A stretch of 63,849 bases of DNA, the filler included, from Chiloscyllium plagiosum (lineage: Eukaryota): NCBI RefSeq assembly GCF_004010195.1. It is 6 parts of one record of this genome, joined end to end, with 100 filler letters (N's around TTAATTAATTAA, not from the genome) between each part and the next. Parts side by side here need not be neighbours in the genome. Positions count along the whole stretch, not along the records: positions 34,938 to 47,978 come from NC_057713.1; positions 48,079 to 53,819 come from NC_057713.1; 4 more parts are not named here. One strand, given 5' to 3'. The position numbers were made by a program, and so were the translations under genes. The notes under the pieces are model-generated. The model saw nothing but the letters and a program-made list of their open reading frames with translations. It searched no databases and had not been told where the DNA came from. Shown here piece after piece: positions 37,851-49,933 of the stretch (positions are counted from its first letter, which is position 1; each line of letters starts with the position of its first letter).

Positions 37851-39835
37851 CTTCTCCCGTGCCTTAGGCTGACAGTATGGAAATGCAGCTGAAAGGGAGC
37901 TAAATGCAAAAAAGATGAAGCAATTTCCAAAACGTTGTACACTGAGAGTGTATTGGGAGAAGGAGTCCTCCGAGCAGCAACCTCTTACTTGGCCCTGGTT
38001 GGAGCTCTTCAATGCAACTAATAAAAGACTTCCCAGCTCCCAGTTTCATTGACGTAGCATGTTAAGTTATGCACTTGATGAACTGCTGAATACCCAGAAA
38101 ACATCTATAATACTTGGTTAGAACAAGTGTTAATTGTTTATTATAAAAGTTGAAGTACTCTTTTTGATTACTGCATTGGGATTGAACATTCACCATCAAA
38201 AACGTTGGTGAGAAACCTGGAACAAGGAGGGACGATTTTGAGTTTCCAGCCCAAAGTTATTTTTAGGATATTTAATGCCCTGCATGCACCAAATCCTGCA
38301 TCACCTTGGCAGTGGGAAATCTGCCTTTATTCCCAATGAATATGCAGAACTATTAATCTTCCTTTGATAGTTTCTCATCTCAATTTTGCTTGACATAATG
38401 GTCCTTGCTTTTTTCTTAAACTGAAAGTCAACTTTTCAAATATGTATCATGACAAAGTCTCACAGCTGAAATCAGTCACGTCCCTCTTCAGAATACAAAG
38501 CAAATTGAAGGGCTTAAAGGAACAACCAGAGGCCATCAGAACTGATAACCACTTGAAGGCTGAAACCACGGGCTGCCAGAACCAAACAGTTTCTCTGGGG
38601 ATCGGCCACACACAAACCTGAAGCTGAAAACGTTCAACTGATTTGACGATTTCTGTTGGGTTTCAGCTTTTAGGCAATGACAGTCATATGTAACAAATAA
38701 GCTAAAATAGTGTTTAAAGCAACATTCCTCTTGTGAGCCTTTCTGGCAGTATCTTAAGGTTTATTTTCAAGACTGACATTAGCTGCTCAGTTTGTGAATA
38801 AAGAACATATTCCCTCGTATTGATTCATTGATTAGTCTTATTAAACATTCCTTTCACTGCAGCAGAGGCACTGTCAGGGTTTGGAAATAATAATTCATGA
38901 ACAACTTCTGCCAAAATTCTCAAGTTCAGAATTTTGCTGAAGTGTACCAATGCAGATTATCCAGTGAGTCATTTAATTGTTTTTGCAGCGTCCTTGTCTG
39001 GTTACGTTTGGTAACTTGGTATCAGATAGTTTATGTGCACATCGTTCAAGCCCTTCAGTGCTATGGTGTCATGAGGTGAGGGCCCACACTATCTAATAAA
39101 CATGATCAACATCCACAGCCATGGGCACAGACTGATAACGATAAAATCAATAAGAATACAATAGATAACCACCTTTCGACTGGAGTCAGGTTGACTGAGA
39201 ACTCAAAATTGAATTCCACATGCCCCTTCCTGGAAACCAACTTGAAGCACTTTACTTTTAAGATGATTACAGTGTACAACTGAAATTCAAAAGAACAAAG
39301 TATGCTGAAATTGGGAGTGGAAGGACATTGACATTTTTGCTTTCTACTTAACTTGTAAAGTCAAACTGACATCCATGCAATATTCCTACTTTCAAATGTT
39401 TAAATTGCTAAACATTTTGTGTTGAACTCTGAGTCTGGTCGAGAGTCGTGGTGTCGGATAGCATTTTGAAACTCGTCAAACATCTGGGAATCAGGTCACC
39501 ATATTCACCAAATGATACAAAATACATGCAGCATTAATAAAGCCAGTTCCTAAACTTTTGAAAATAGGTTTAGTGTTTTCGGGTTTTAAGGTCAGCATTC
39601 AAGACTGATGTAACAAGAGCCAGAGGAAAGGGTTTTGCAATCCATCTGTTCTACAAACCCCTTAGTCTGCTGTACAGTTAAAAGGTGGGGATAATCTATT
39701 CACTGAAATGGTCTGTTTCTGACAGTATGTTCCAGTGTTTAAAAAACACATTTCTCCTAGTGTAAACTGTTTCAACTTTCTCAGAATTGATATATTAGGA
39801 CACTCTATATGTTGGCTTCTGCACTCTGTAAAGGA

Positions 39836-40185
39836 GGTGGCCATATAGTGATAGTAACATTGTACTAGGAACCCAGAACCCCAGGCTAATGTGCTGGGGA
39901 TATGAATCCTAATATTGCAGGTGATAAATGTGAATTTAGTAAGATAAAAATCTGGAAATAAAATCTTGTCTCATGGTAACCATTTAACCATTGTCAATTG
40001 TTGTTAAAAACCCATCTGGTTCACTAATGTCCTTCAGGGAAGGAAACTGCTGTCCTTACTTGGTCTGGCCTACATGCGACTCCAGACCCACAGAAATGTG
40101 GTTAACTCTTAACTGTCTTAATGACAATTAGGGATGGGTAATGAATGCTGGCCTAGTCAGTGTTACCCACATTCCATGAATGAAT
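39836..40185 (+). mobile_element. SINE family B, near full length
   Basis: Body AAAAACCCATCTGGTTCACTAATGTCCTTCAGGGAAGGAAA...; tail ...CCCACATTCCATGAATGAAT. Confidence 0.75.
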
Positions 40186-41084
40186 AATTTTTAAAAACAC
40201 ATCTTGCTTTGCTAATTTTGTGTCTCATGTCATTTTCAAGCACAAAGTCCAGAGATTTAACAAAACTATAGTTCATGGCCAACCTTCTGTACTCCCTTAA
40301 TAGCATTCTATTCCATTTAAATGACTTATTTCCAAAGATCTATTAAGATGAAGTTGGCCAAATTTGGTTATTACTACAGCAACTCAGCAAGCCAAAATTC
40401 CATATTTCAAATCTCATTAACAGCCCTGCAGCACCAATTGTTGCTCTCACAACTCAAGTTCTTTGCAAAATTCATCAACCAAGAGCTAAACAAATTCTTT
40501 GGCCACCATCCCCTATGTCACTAGATTCTTGGTTAAAATCTCAAAGCAATTGGAGCATGTTCTCCCAGAGGGTGGCCCTGTTTTCACAGAGTGATGACAT
40601 GGATCTATATGTACCATCATTGAGTACCCGCTCCCTAACCAATAGCTGGCTGAAGATTCAAAAATTGAGGGAAACACATCTGAGGTATGCCCACTTTGGA
40701 TAGGGATGTAGAATTAGCTCCAACTCCAAATCACTGCTTCAAAAGAAAAGCTTCAGGAGTCTGCCAATCTGCTTCTGTAATTGGGAACTGAGTTGTATAC
40801 ATGAGGTTAATTTGTCAGCTGTCTTTTCTAAACTCAGTTTTCAGAGCACATCATTATTGCTGGACTGGCAGAATGTGTGCACCATTGCTATTTCCCTTGA
40901 AAAAGTGAGAGAACTATTAGGTATCAGTCATTTCCAAAAGGTATACCTGAAATTGGCAACTTATTCTTGGGTGGGGGGGCAGCTCCTCAGGCCTTACACT
41001 TGGCCATCTCATTTGGAACATCAGTGGACCATAATATCAGATCACCCTTGGTCACCCTTCATTAATAGGCTTAGTCCACTGGAC

Positions 41085-41297
41085 TGAAAATGTGTTGCTG
41101 GAAAAGCGCAGCAGGTCAGGCAGCATCCAAGGAACAGGAGAATCGACGTTTCAGGCATGAGCCCTTCTTCAGGAATGAAGGGCTCATGCCCGAAACGTCG
41201 ATTCACCTGTTCCTTGGATGCTGCCTGACCTGCTGCGCTTTTCCAGCAACACATTTTCAGCTCTGATCTCCAGCATCTGCAGTCCTCACTTTCTCCA
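41085..41297. mobile_element. Fold-back PLE pLTR mini-insertion with perfect 15-bp TSD
   Basis: CTTAGTCCACTGGAC at 41070-41084 and 41298-41312; arms 41085-~41166 and ~41177-41260 are near-perfect reverse complements; intact HHR core on the minus strand at 41145-41172. Confidence 0.9.
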
Positions 41298-41934
41298 CTT
41301 AGTCCACTGGACAGTCAGTGAATGCAGTGGGGCTATCGAAATACTATTAAACATGAAATCATGTTCAAGACAGGATCACTTTGCCAAATCCCAGTACAGC
41401 AATCTGCTGCATCAGTGTATTTTGATAAAGTAGGAATTAGAAATAGCCAGCTTGCAACTTTTTATATGACAACCAATTTAATCATTCATTTCACAATTCA
41501 ATCAAAACAGAAACAACAGTAAACACTCAGCAGAAAACTGTGCATGATTTTGATCACAGGCCTGTCTCCAGTTAAATGATACTTGATTTATTTTTGAAAA
41601 TTGATGGGTGAGCATTGAACATTCCTAATGATAAACTGGCTTTGCAATATAGTAACCATCTTTTCATTATTGGTGTCCCATTTTTAAAGAGCTTTTCGAA
41701 TTGTTTCTCTCCTAGTAGAAATATTAGTGCTCATTGATTGAGTGAATGGATGGTTCTTTGATACAATGTAAATCTGCGAGACAATGAACGAGAAGAAGAT
41801 TGCACACTGAAATTCTGATGGGGAATTCTGTACATGCTTAATGAATGGGAGGTGAAGTAGCATATATTAGAAATGTTTGTGAAGTCAATAAGTGTTAAAC
41901 AATTTGGCTTACTGAGAACTTCTTGCCTGGAGAA

Positions 41935-42153
41935 GCATGTGGCTATACAGAACATTGGTTAGGCCACTTTTGGAATATTGTGTGCAATTCTGGTCTCCCT
42001 GCTATAGGAAGGACGTTGTGAAACTCGAACAGGATCATAAAAGATTTACAAGTATGTTGCTAGGCTTGGAGCATTTGAGCTGTAGGGAGACGCTGAATAG
42101 GCTGGGGCTGTTTTCCAGGGGTCACCTTACAGATGTTTATAAAATCATAAGGG
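41935..42153 (+). mobile_element. CR1 ORF2 C-terminal fragment ending in a gap
   Basis: LYRTLVRPLLEYCVQFWSPCYRKDVVKLE. Confidence 0.85.
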
Positions 42154-42653
42154 NNNNNNNNNNNNNNNNNNNNNNNNNNNNNNNNNNNNNNNNNNNNNNN
42201 NNNNNNNNNNNNNNNNNNNNNNNNNNNNNNNNNNNNNNNNNNNNNNNNNNNNNNNNNNNNNNNNNNNNNNNNNNNNNNNNNNNNNNNNNNNNNNNNNNNN
42301 NNNNNNNNNNNNNNNNNNNNNNNNNNNNNNNNNNNNNNNNNNNNNNNNNNNNNNNNNNNNNNNNNNNNNNNNNNNNNNNNNNNNNNNNNNNNNNNNNNNN
42401 NNNNNNNNNNNNNNNNNNNNNNNNNNNNNNNNNNNNNNNNNNNNNNNNNNNNNNNNNNNNNNNNNNNNNNNNNNNNNNNNNNNNNNNNNNNNNNNNNNNN
42501 NNNNNNNNNNNNNNNNNNNNNNNNNNNNNNNNNNNNNNNNNNNNNNNNNNNNNNNNNNNNNNNNNNNNNNNNNNNNNNNNNNNNNNNNNNNNNNNNNNNN
42601 NNNNNNNNNNNNNNNNNNNNNNNNNNNNNNNNNNNNNNNNNNNNNNNNNNNNN

Positions 42654-43650
42654 CCTCCCTCCTCCGCTTAACAAGAGATACAATTTCTTTAGTAAACCAC
42701 GGTTACCTTACCATATCACTTCCTCCCTGCCTAACAGAGACATACTTATCAAAGACACGCAATATCTTTTCCTTAAACCAGCTCCACGTTTCTATTTTCT
42801 ACATCTCCTGCATTTTGCTACCCCATTCTATGCCTCCTAAGTCTTGCCTAATCACATTATAATTGCTCTTCCCCCATCTATAACTCTTGCCCTGTGACAT
42901 GTACCTATCCCTTTCCATCGCTAAACTAAATGCAACCGAATTATGATCACTCTCTCCAAAGTGCTCAGCTACGACTAAATCAAACACCTGGTCTGGTTAA
43001 TTACCAAGTACCAGATCCAGTGTGGCCTTCCCTCTTGTTGGCCCCTCCTGCACACATTGGACTAAAACTGATCCACCTGATATACGAAAGTCATAGCATT
43101 TCCAGTCAATGTTGGGGAAGTTAAAGTCCCAGTTCCTTTCACTCCTGCCCAGAATTGTTTTGCCAATCCTCTCCTACATATCTCTGGAACTTTGTGAAGG
43201 TCTATAAAAATCTCCCAGCAGTGTGACCTCTTCTCTCCTGTTCCTAACGTCAGCCCACACTACCTCAGTAAATGAGTCCTTGTCAAACGTTCTTTCTGCC
43301 ACCGTTATACCAACTTGACTAACAAGGCCACGCCTACCCCTCTTTTACCACCTTCCCTGACCTTAATGAAAGATCTAAACCCTGGAACCTGCAATATTCC
43401 TCACCGTGCTCTATCCATGCCTCCGAAATGGTCACAATATCGAAGTCCCAGGTACCTATCCATGCTGCAAGCTCACTACCTTATTCCGGATACTCCTGGT
43501 GTTGAAGTAGACACACTTCAAACCAGCTTTCTGTCTGCCAGCACACTCCTGTGACTGTGCAATCCTAACCATATCCTCCCTACTCTCATCCTCCTGTGTA
43601 CTAGAACTAAACCACAAGTTCCCATCCCCCTGCTGAGCTAGTTTAAAGCC
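42654..43650 (-). mobile_element. CR1 ORF2 endonuclease region, decayed
   Basis: GLKCVYFNTRSIRNK (ORF 43456-43803) and EHFGESDHNSV (ORF 42799-42987) are APE endonuclease motifs. Confidence 0.8.
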
Positions 43651-44947
43651 GGTGAAGCCCTGCATCAGCCACAAAAGCTTTCTGTCAAAACAAAGAGAGG
43701 AAGTCACTGGAATACGAAACCAACAGAGCAAAGGTGAGGGAAAGAAAAGATAAATAGAAAGTGGAAGGAAAAATAGATAGAGAGAAAAGAAAGGGAGACA
43801 CAAAGGATGGAAAGTAAGACAGAGACAAAGAAAGAAACAATTGAAGATAACAGGATAGCCTCATTCATTGTTCACTAAAAAAGATTAACTTTCATCAAAC
43901 CTCTGGCTATAAGTGCACTAAGTATGTTGCAGATTTCCAGCTTTCCTCATTCCAATTTGATCAACGTTTCTTTTCATTTTGATGTAAAGTTGCAACTGGA
44001 ACCTGAAAGAGTTAAGCTTTTTTTCTGCTGTCAGGCTTAAGGTTAAGGGGTTGTGTAAATAGTTATTTTCTGCTCCTTGCTTCATCAAATATCTTTGTGA
44101 CACTTCAGTTGGTCAGGGTTAAATGTAACAATGGAAAAGTGTTGTATTACAAAGCAGATCTGGTGCTCCAGAAAATTCCATGATCTAACTATTGATTCCA
44201 GCCTTTAGCTCAACCAACAAATGATAAATACTGTGGAATCATCATTCCCTCAACATTTCCATGCTGTGTCTCCTTTTCAATGTTTTTAAGCTGTTTAAAA
44301 TTAAAGATTAAAGAATTTGATATAAAAGCAGTCAAACAGCAATGATTTTCTCTGGTCGGGAGTCCACAAGAAGGAATTAGATGATATCACACAAAAGGGT
44401 AAAGGAAATCTGAACTTGCCTCCTGTACAAAGTCTGTGAAAGTGAACTCAATGGAAACCTCCGTATTTAATGTACTGATTTTTGTTAAGTACGGATATTA
44501 TTGGTGGCAGACCCAAGGCAGGGAGATAGGGATTAGCCATGCCCTAGTTGTACACAGAAATGGATTTTGAATGTCTACAATTCTGTCGATGGGCGGAATT
44601 TGACCAGCACATGGGTGGCAGACTGGGACATGTAGCAAATGGAGTAGCAGAAAGCCGTGTTCAGACAGCTCCTCAGTGCCATGCTGTTGGTGTGATGTTT
44701 TCCACTGCCACAGGCTGCACCAAGCAGGTTGGCAAACTACTTTGCATATTTGTACCCTTTGGTTTAATGAAGGCAATTGTTCTGTGGCAGGGTATAATCG
44801 AAGAGAGGACCGCAGTAGCAGACTAGAGACTGCCTCACTGACCTCAGCAATCCTCCTGAGGTGAGCTCCACCTCTGACCTGCAGTTCCCTCACTGGGTTC
44901 ATTCATGATTTATCTGTCTGAGATTGCTAACCTTGCCCATCCCTGTT

Positions 44948-45825
44948 ATAGAACATAGAAAAGTACTGCACAGAACACGCCCTTTGGTCCATGATGTTGT
45001 GCTGAGGATTAATCCTAACGTAAAATAAAATAATTTAAGCTACCCACCCCTCAATTCATTGCTGTCCATGTGCATGTCCAGCAGTTGCTTAAATGTCCCT
45101 AATGGCTCTGCTTGCACCACCACCACTGGCAATACATTCCATGCATTCACAACTCTCTGCGTAAAGAACCTCCCTCTGACATCTCCTTTATACCTTCCTC
45201 TTAATATCTTCAAACTATGACCCCTTGTGCCAGTCAATCCTGCCCTGGGGAAAAGTCTCTGACTATTGACTCTATTCATGCCTCTTATTATCTTGTATAC
45301 CTCGATCAGGTCACTTCTCTTCCTCCTTCTCTCCAGAGAGAAAAGTCCAAGCTTAGTCAATCTCTCTTCATAAGGCAAGCCCTCCAGTCCAGGCGGCATC
45401 CTGGTAAACCTTCTGTGCACCCTCTCCAAAGCCTCTATATCTTCCCTATAGTAGGGCGACCAGAACTGTTCACAATATTCCAAGTGTGGTCTCACCATGG
45501 ATTTATAGAGCTGTAGCAAAACCTTACAGCTCTTAAACACGATCCCCCTGTTAATGAAAGCCAAAACGCCATATGCTTTCTTAACAACCCTATCCACTTG
45601 GGTGGCAACTTTGAGGGATCTATGCACTTGAATCCCAAGATACCTCTGTTCCTCCACACTGGCAAAAATCCTGTCTTTAATCTTCTATTCAGCATTTGAG
45701 TTCGACCTTCCAAAATGCATCACTTCACATTTATCCAGGTTGCACTCTATCTGCCATTTTTCAGCCCAGCTCTGTATCCTTGTCTATGTCGCACTGCAGC
45801 CTGCAATAGCCCTCGATACTATCAA
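44948..45825 (-). mobile_element. CR1 ORF2 C-terminus and 3' end
   Basis: 205-aa ORF 45040-45657 reads LGIQVHRSLKVATQVD...RPHLEYCEQFWSP...FFTQRVVNAWNVLP; TTCTATG tail. Confidence 0.92.
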
Positions 45826-46847
45826 CCTCAATACTAAATCTGGTGTCAGCAAGTCCAAGCTGGGAGCCTGCTTTGCAATCCATAATTGGGATGCAGAAAC
45901 CCTCAATGATATTTAGCCGTGTGTTTCTACACCCAGTGATCAATGAATACAGAACCAGAGGAGCACACTCCTACCTTTAATGCTCTGATAACATTTTTAT
46001 ATTTCACAGGCCAAAGCCTCTGCACTGATATCGCCCATCAGCTAAGAAGAAAGTAAATTAAAAACCCAAATCCCTTCTTCACTACACTAAACAACTGTGA
46101 GCTCGTGTGAGAAGTTATTTTTAATTTGCATAATGTGCACGGAATGCAAAGCACTTTGCATAGACTGAAAAATTGTAATTGATGATACCATCTAATGACA
46201 GAAATGTAATTGCCAGAGTCAATTTATATTTGGGAAAGAAACAAAAATTGGTTTCCGTTAAGTCTTTGCATCATGAATTATAACTTACATAGAGCTGTGG
46301 AGGTATTCACTATCTTTATGGGTCAAGTGGTAAACACATTTGGTTTGATCGCTGAATTTTGTTGACTGAATGGAATTGAGTTATATCCTATTCCTGTTCA
46401 CCGTCTTGTATTCCCACTGCCAAGTATCGCTGTGGAAATGGGATCAGGGTCAGCTTGAAACCAATTGTACTCATAAGATGCTTTAACATTGGAGAACATC
46501 CTAAGGTTCTTCATGGGAGAGTTATCAAACAATATTTGACACCAGCCACACAACAGAGATATTATGACAGAATACCAAATGCCTGGGCCATGAGCTACGT
46601 ATATAATATGAAAGAAGGAGAGAATGTAAAGGGGTGTGAGGAGAAAAAGAAATACTTTAGGGGCTTGGCACCAATGTAGAGTCATAAAGATTGCGATGTA
46701 CAAGAGATTGGATTTGGGGAAAGATAGGGAATTTTGCCTGAGAGTGTATGGGAAGAGTAGGATAATGTAGGGCTGGACGGAGTTGCAGAGATAGAAAGGG
46801 ATAGACATTTATGGGCATATTCATATTACTCAGAATAAGTTTGTTTT

Positions 46848-47186
46848 TATTCATTCATGAAATGAGGCCAGCATTCATTGTCCATCCCTAATTGCCCAGA
46901 GGGCAGTTAAGAATCAACCACATTGCTGCAGGTCTGGAGTCACATGTAGACCAGAACAAGTTTTGACAGCAGTTTCCTTCCTTAACAGACATTAGTGAAC
47001 CAGATGGCTTTTCTGACAATCGACAGTGGATACATGGTCATCATTAGATTATTAATTCCCGATTTTTTAAAGTTGGAAATTATTTCAAATTCCACCATCT
47101 TCCTTCGCAGAATTTGAACCCAGGTCGCCATGACATTACCTGGATTAATAGTCTAATGATACTACCACTAAGCCACCATCTCCCCC
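46848..47186 (-). mobile_element. SINE family B
   Basis: Same body, tail and tRNA-like head as the other copies. Confidence 0.75.
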
Positions 47187-47846
47187 ATTCGTATATATTC
47201 TTACAATAAATAAAAACTCCAAAGGGAGGACACTGCAATTGTAGTCAACTAAAGAAGTTAGGGAAAGCAAAGTTAAGGAAAAGATATGGCAGGACAGATG
47301 ATTGGTCAGAATATAAAGAAGAGCAGAAAATGGCTATAAAGTTAATCTGGACAAAAGGGGGGAGCTAAGAATATAAGACGAGACAGCAAGAGTCTCTATA
47401 GGTATCTAAAAAAGAAAAAAGAGAAAGTAAAGTGAGTGTTGGTCCTTTACAGAGTAAGGATAGAGAGTTAATAGTCAATAGTCAGGAAATGACTATGACC
47501 TTGAGTTCTTTTCCAGAGAGGGGATAATTGACCAGGCTCCAACTAGCCTGGGTTTGAAAGGCTTATTGGGGCCCTTTTTGTTTACCCCTAACAGATAACG
47601 CCTCCGGCCTAAGGCTTTCATGTCTTAAACAAAACCTGTATAATCAAAAGGGAGTGACCAGCTCGTTGTGCAGCTAGCCTTCGTTTAGATTAGAATTTTG
47701 GATCCAGTTCAGCAGCAGTGTACGTGAAGAAAGGCTGCTGGGGCAAGTCCAGCTGGGTACACTTTCTCTTTCTCTCTCTCTAACCTCAAGCCTGTAAGCC
47801 CTGGTTTGTTTCATTTTTACTCTTTATGCTAAGGGATGTGTTTATT

Positions 47847-47978
47847 AGAGTCATAGAGTCATAGAGATGTACAGCATGGAAACAGACCCTTCGGTCCAAC
47901 CCGTCCATGCCGACCAGATATCCCAACCCAATCTAGTCCCACCTGCCAACACCCGGCCCATATCCCTCCAAACCCTTC
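47847..47978 (-). mobile_element. CR1 (HER1-like) 3' tail (TGACTCTA)n, cut by a gap
   Basis: TAGAGTCATAGAGTCATAGAGATGTACAGCATGGAAACAGACCC; same tail as 58780-58815 and 62640. Confidence 0.8.
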
Positions 47979-48078
47979 NNNNNNNNNNNNNNNNNNNNNN
48001 NNNNNNNNNNNNNNNNNNNNNNTTAATTAATTAANNNNNNNNNNNNNNNNNNNNNNNNNNNNNNNNNNNNNNNNNNNN

Positions 48079-49158
48079 GGTTTGTAGTAGATGTCCGTGT
48101 TGATTCGGTCGCCTGAGATAGAAATAGAAAGGTCGAGGAAGGGGAGGTAGGAATCTGAGACTGTCCAGGTGAATTTGAGGTCGGGGTGGAAGGTGTTGGT
48201 GAAGTGGATGAACTGTTCAACCTCCTCGTAGGAGCACGAGGCGGCGCCGATACAGTCTTCGATGTAGCGGAGGAAATGGTGGGGGGTTGGCCAGTGTAGT
48301 TGCGGAAGATGGATTATTCCACATATCCTACGAAGAGGCAGGCATAGCTGGGGCCCATGCGGGTGCCCATGGCTACTCCTTTTGTTTGGAGAAAGTGGGA
48401 GGATTGGAAAGAGAAGTTGTTCAGGGTGAGGACCAGTTCAGTCAGTCGAAGGAGGGTGCCAGTGGAAGGTTACTGGTCGGTACGGCGGGAAAGAAAGAAG
48501 CGGAGGGCTTTGAGTTCTTCGTGATGGGGGATGGAGGTGTGCAGGGACTGAATGTCCATGGTGAAGATAAGGCGTTGGGGACCGGGGAAGCGAAAATCAT
48601 GGAGGAGGTGGAGGGTGGTGCCCCGAACGTAGGTGGGGAGTTCTTGGAATAAGGGGGACAGGACCGTGTCGAGGTATGCGGAGATGAGTTCGGTGGGGCA
48701 GGAGCAGGGTGGGGAGTTCTTGGACTAAGGGGGACAGGACGATGTCAAGGTAGGCGGAGATGAGTTCGGTGGGGCAGGAGCAGGCGGAGGTAGGCGGAGA
48801 TGAGTTCGGTGGGGCAGGAGCAGGCGGAGACAATGGGTCGGCTGGGGCAGTCACGTATGTGGATTTTGGGCAGGTGGTAGAAGCGGGTGGTGCGGGGTTG
48901 TGGGACTATGAGGTTGGAGGCGGTGGATGGGAGATCCCCCGAGGTAATGAGGTTATGGACGGTCTGGGAGATGATGGTTTGGTGGTGGGGGGAGGGGTCA
49001 TGGTCAAGGGGGAAGTATGAGGAGGTATCTGCGAGCTGGCGTTTAGCCTCAGCAGTGTAGAGGTCGGTGCGCCAAACTACTACCGCGCCTCCCTTGTCTG
49101 CTGGTTTGATAGTGAGGTTGGGGTTGCAATGGAGGGAGTGGAGGGCTGCGCATTCCGA
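48079..49158 (-). mobile_element. Neptune-type PLE RT segment (inverted part of a rearranged copy)
   Basis: ORF 48745-49179 reads NLTIKPADKGGAVVVW...LPKIH...RPIVS. Further left the minus strand encodes MDIQSL, GVAMG and FLRYIEDC (YIDD equivalent). Confidence 0.9.
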
Positions 49159-49362
49159 CAGAACCCCACTGGTCCTCACCTACCACCCCACCAATCTCCA
49201 TGTACAGCGCATCATCCGCCATCATTTCCGCCACCTCCAAACAGACCCCACCACCAAGGATATATTTCCCTCCCCTCCCCTATCAGCATTCCGTAAAGAC
49301 CACTCACTCCGTGACTCCCTCGTCAGATCCAAACCCCCCACCAACCCAACCTCCACTCCCCG

Positions 49363-49767
49363 CACCTTCCCCTGCAACCGCAGGAGGTGCAAGACTTGCG
49401 CCACCTTCCCCTGCAACCGCAGGAGGTGCAAGACTTGCGCCACCTTCCCCTGCAACCGCAGGAGGTGCAAGACTTGCGCCACCTTCCCCTGCAACCGCAG
49501 GAGGTGCAAGACTTGCGCCACCTTCCCCTGCAACCGCAGGAGGTGCAAGACTTGCGCCACCTTCCCCTGCAACCGCAGGAGGTGCAAGACTTGCGCCACC
49601 TTCCCCTGCAACCGCAGGAGGTGCAAGACTTGCGCCACCTTCCCCTGCAACCGCAGGAGGTGCAAGACTTGCGCCACCTTCCCCTGCAACCGCAGGAGGT
49701 GCAAGACTTGCGCCACCTTCCCCTGCAACCGCAGGAGGTGCAAGACTTGCGCCACCTTCCCCTGCAA
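49363..49767 (+). repeat. Perfect 39-bp tandem array, 10 units plus a 15-bp partial
   Basis: Unit CACCTTCCCCTGCAACCGCAGGAGGTGCAAGACTTGCGC; unit starts run from 49363 to 49753 (390 = 10 x 39); encodes (TFPCNRRRCKTCA)10. Confidence 0.95.
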
Positions 49768-49803
49768 ATTCCTGAAGAAGGGCTTATGCCCGAAACGTTG
49801 ATT
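49768..49803 (+). ncRNA. Minimal hammerhead ribozyme motif (first of a tandem pair)
   Basis: CUGAAGA-A-GGGC-UUAU-GCCC-GAAA-CGUU at 49772-49799. Confidence 0.65.
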
Positions 49804-49897
49804 CTCCTGTTCCCTGGATGCTGCCTGACCTGCTGCGCTTTTCCAGCAACACATTTTCAGCTACCTTTTATCTTAGCCTGCTTGGCACACCCTCCTC

Positions 49898-49933
49898 ATT
49901 CCTGAAGAAGGGCTTATGCCCGAAACGTCGATT
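49898..49933 (+). ncRNA. Minimal hammerhead ribozyme motif (second of a tandem pair)
   Basis: CUGAAGA-A-GGGC-UUAU-GCCC-GAAA-CGUC at 49902-49929, 130 nt after the first. Confidence 0.7.

Noticed and set aside
41937..42683. Long ORFs containing X runs (also 10970-11363, 52002-52634)
   Set aside because: Their length comes from N gaps.
49363..49767. CRISPR-like or repeat-protein gene interpretation of the 39-bp array (ORFs 49200-49775, 49222-49854, 49387-49905)
   Set aside because: Units are contiguous with no spacers and the context is eukaryotic. The alternative ORFs are open only because the stop-free unit length is a multiple of three.
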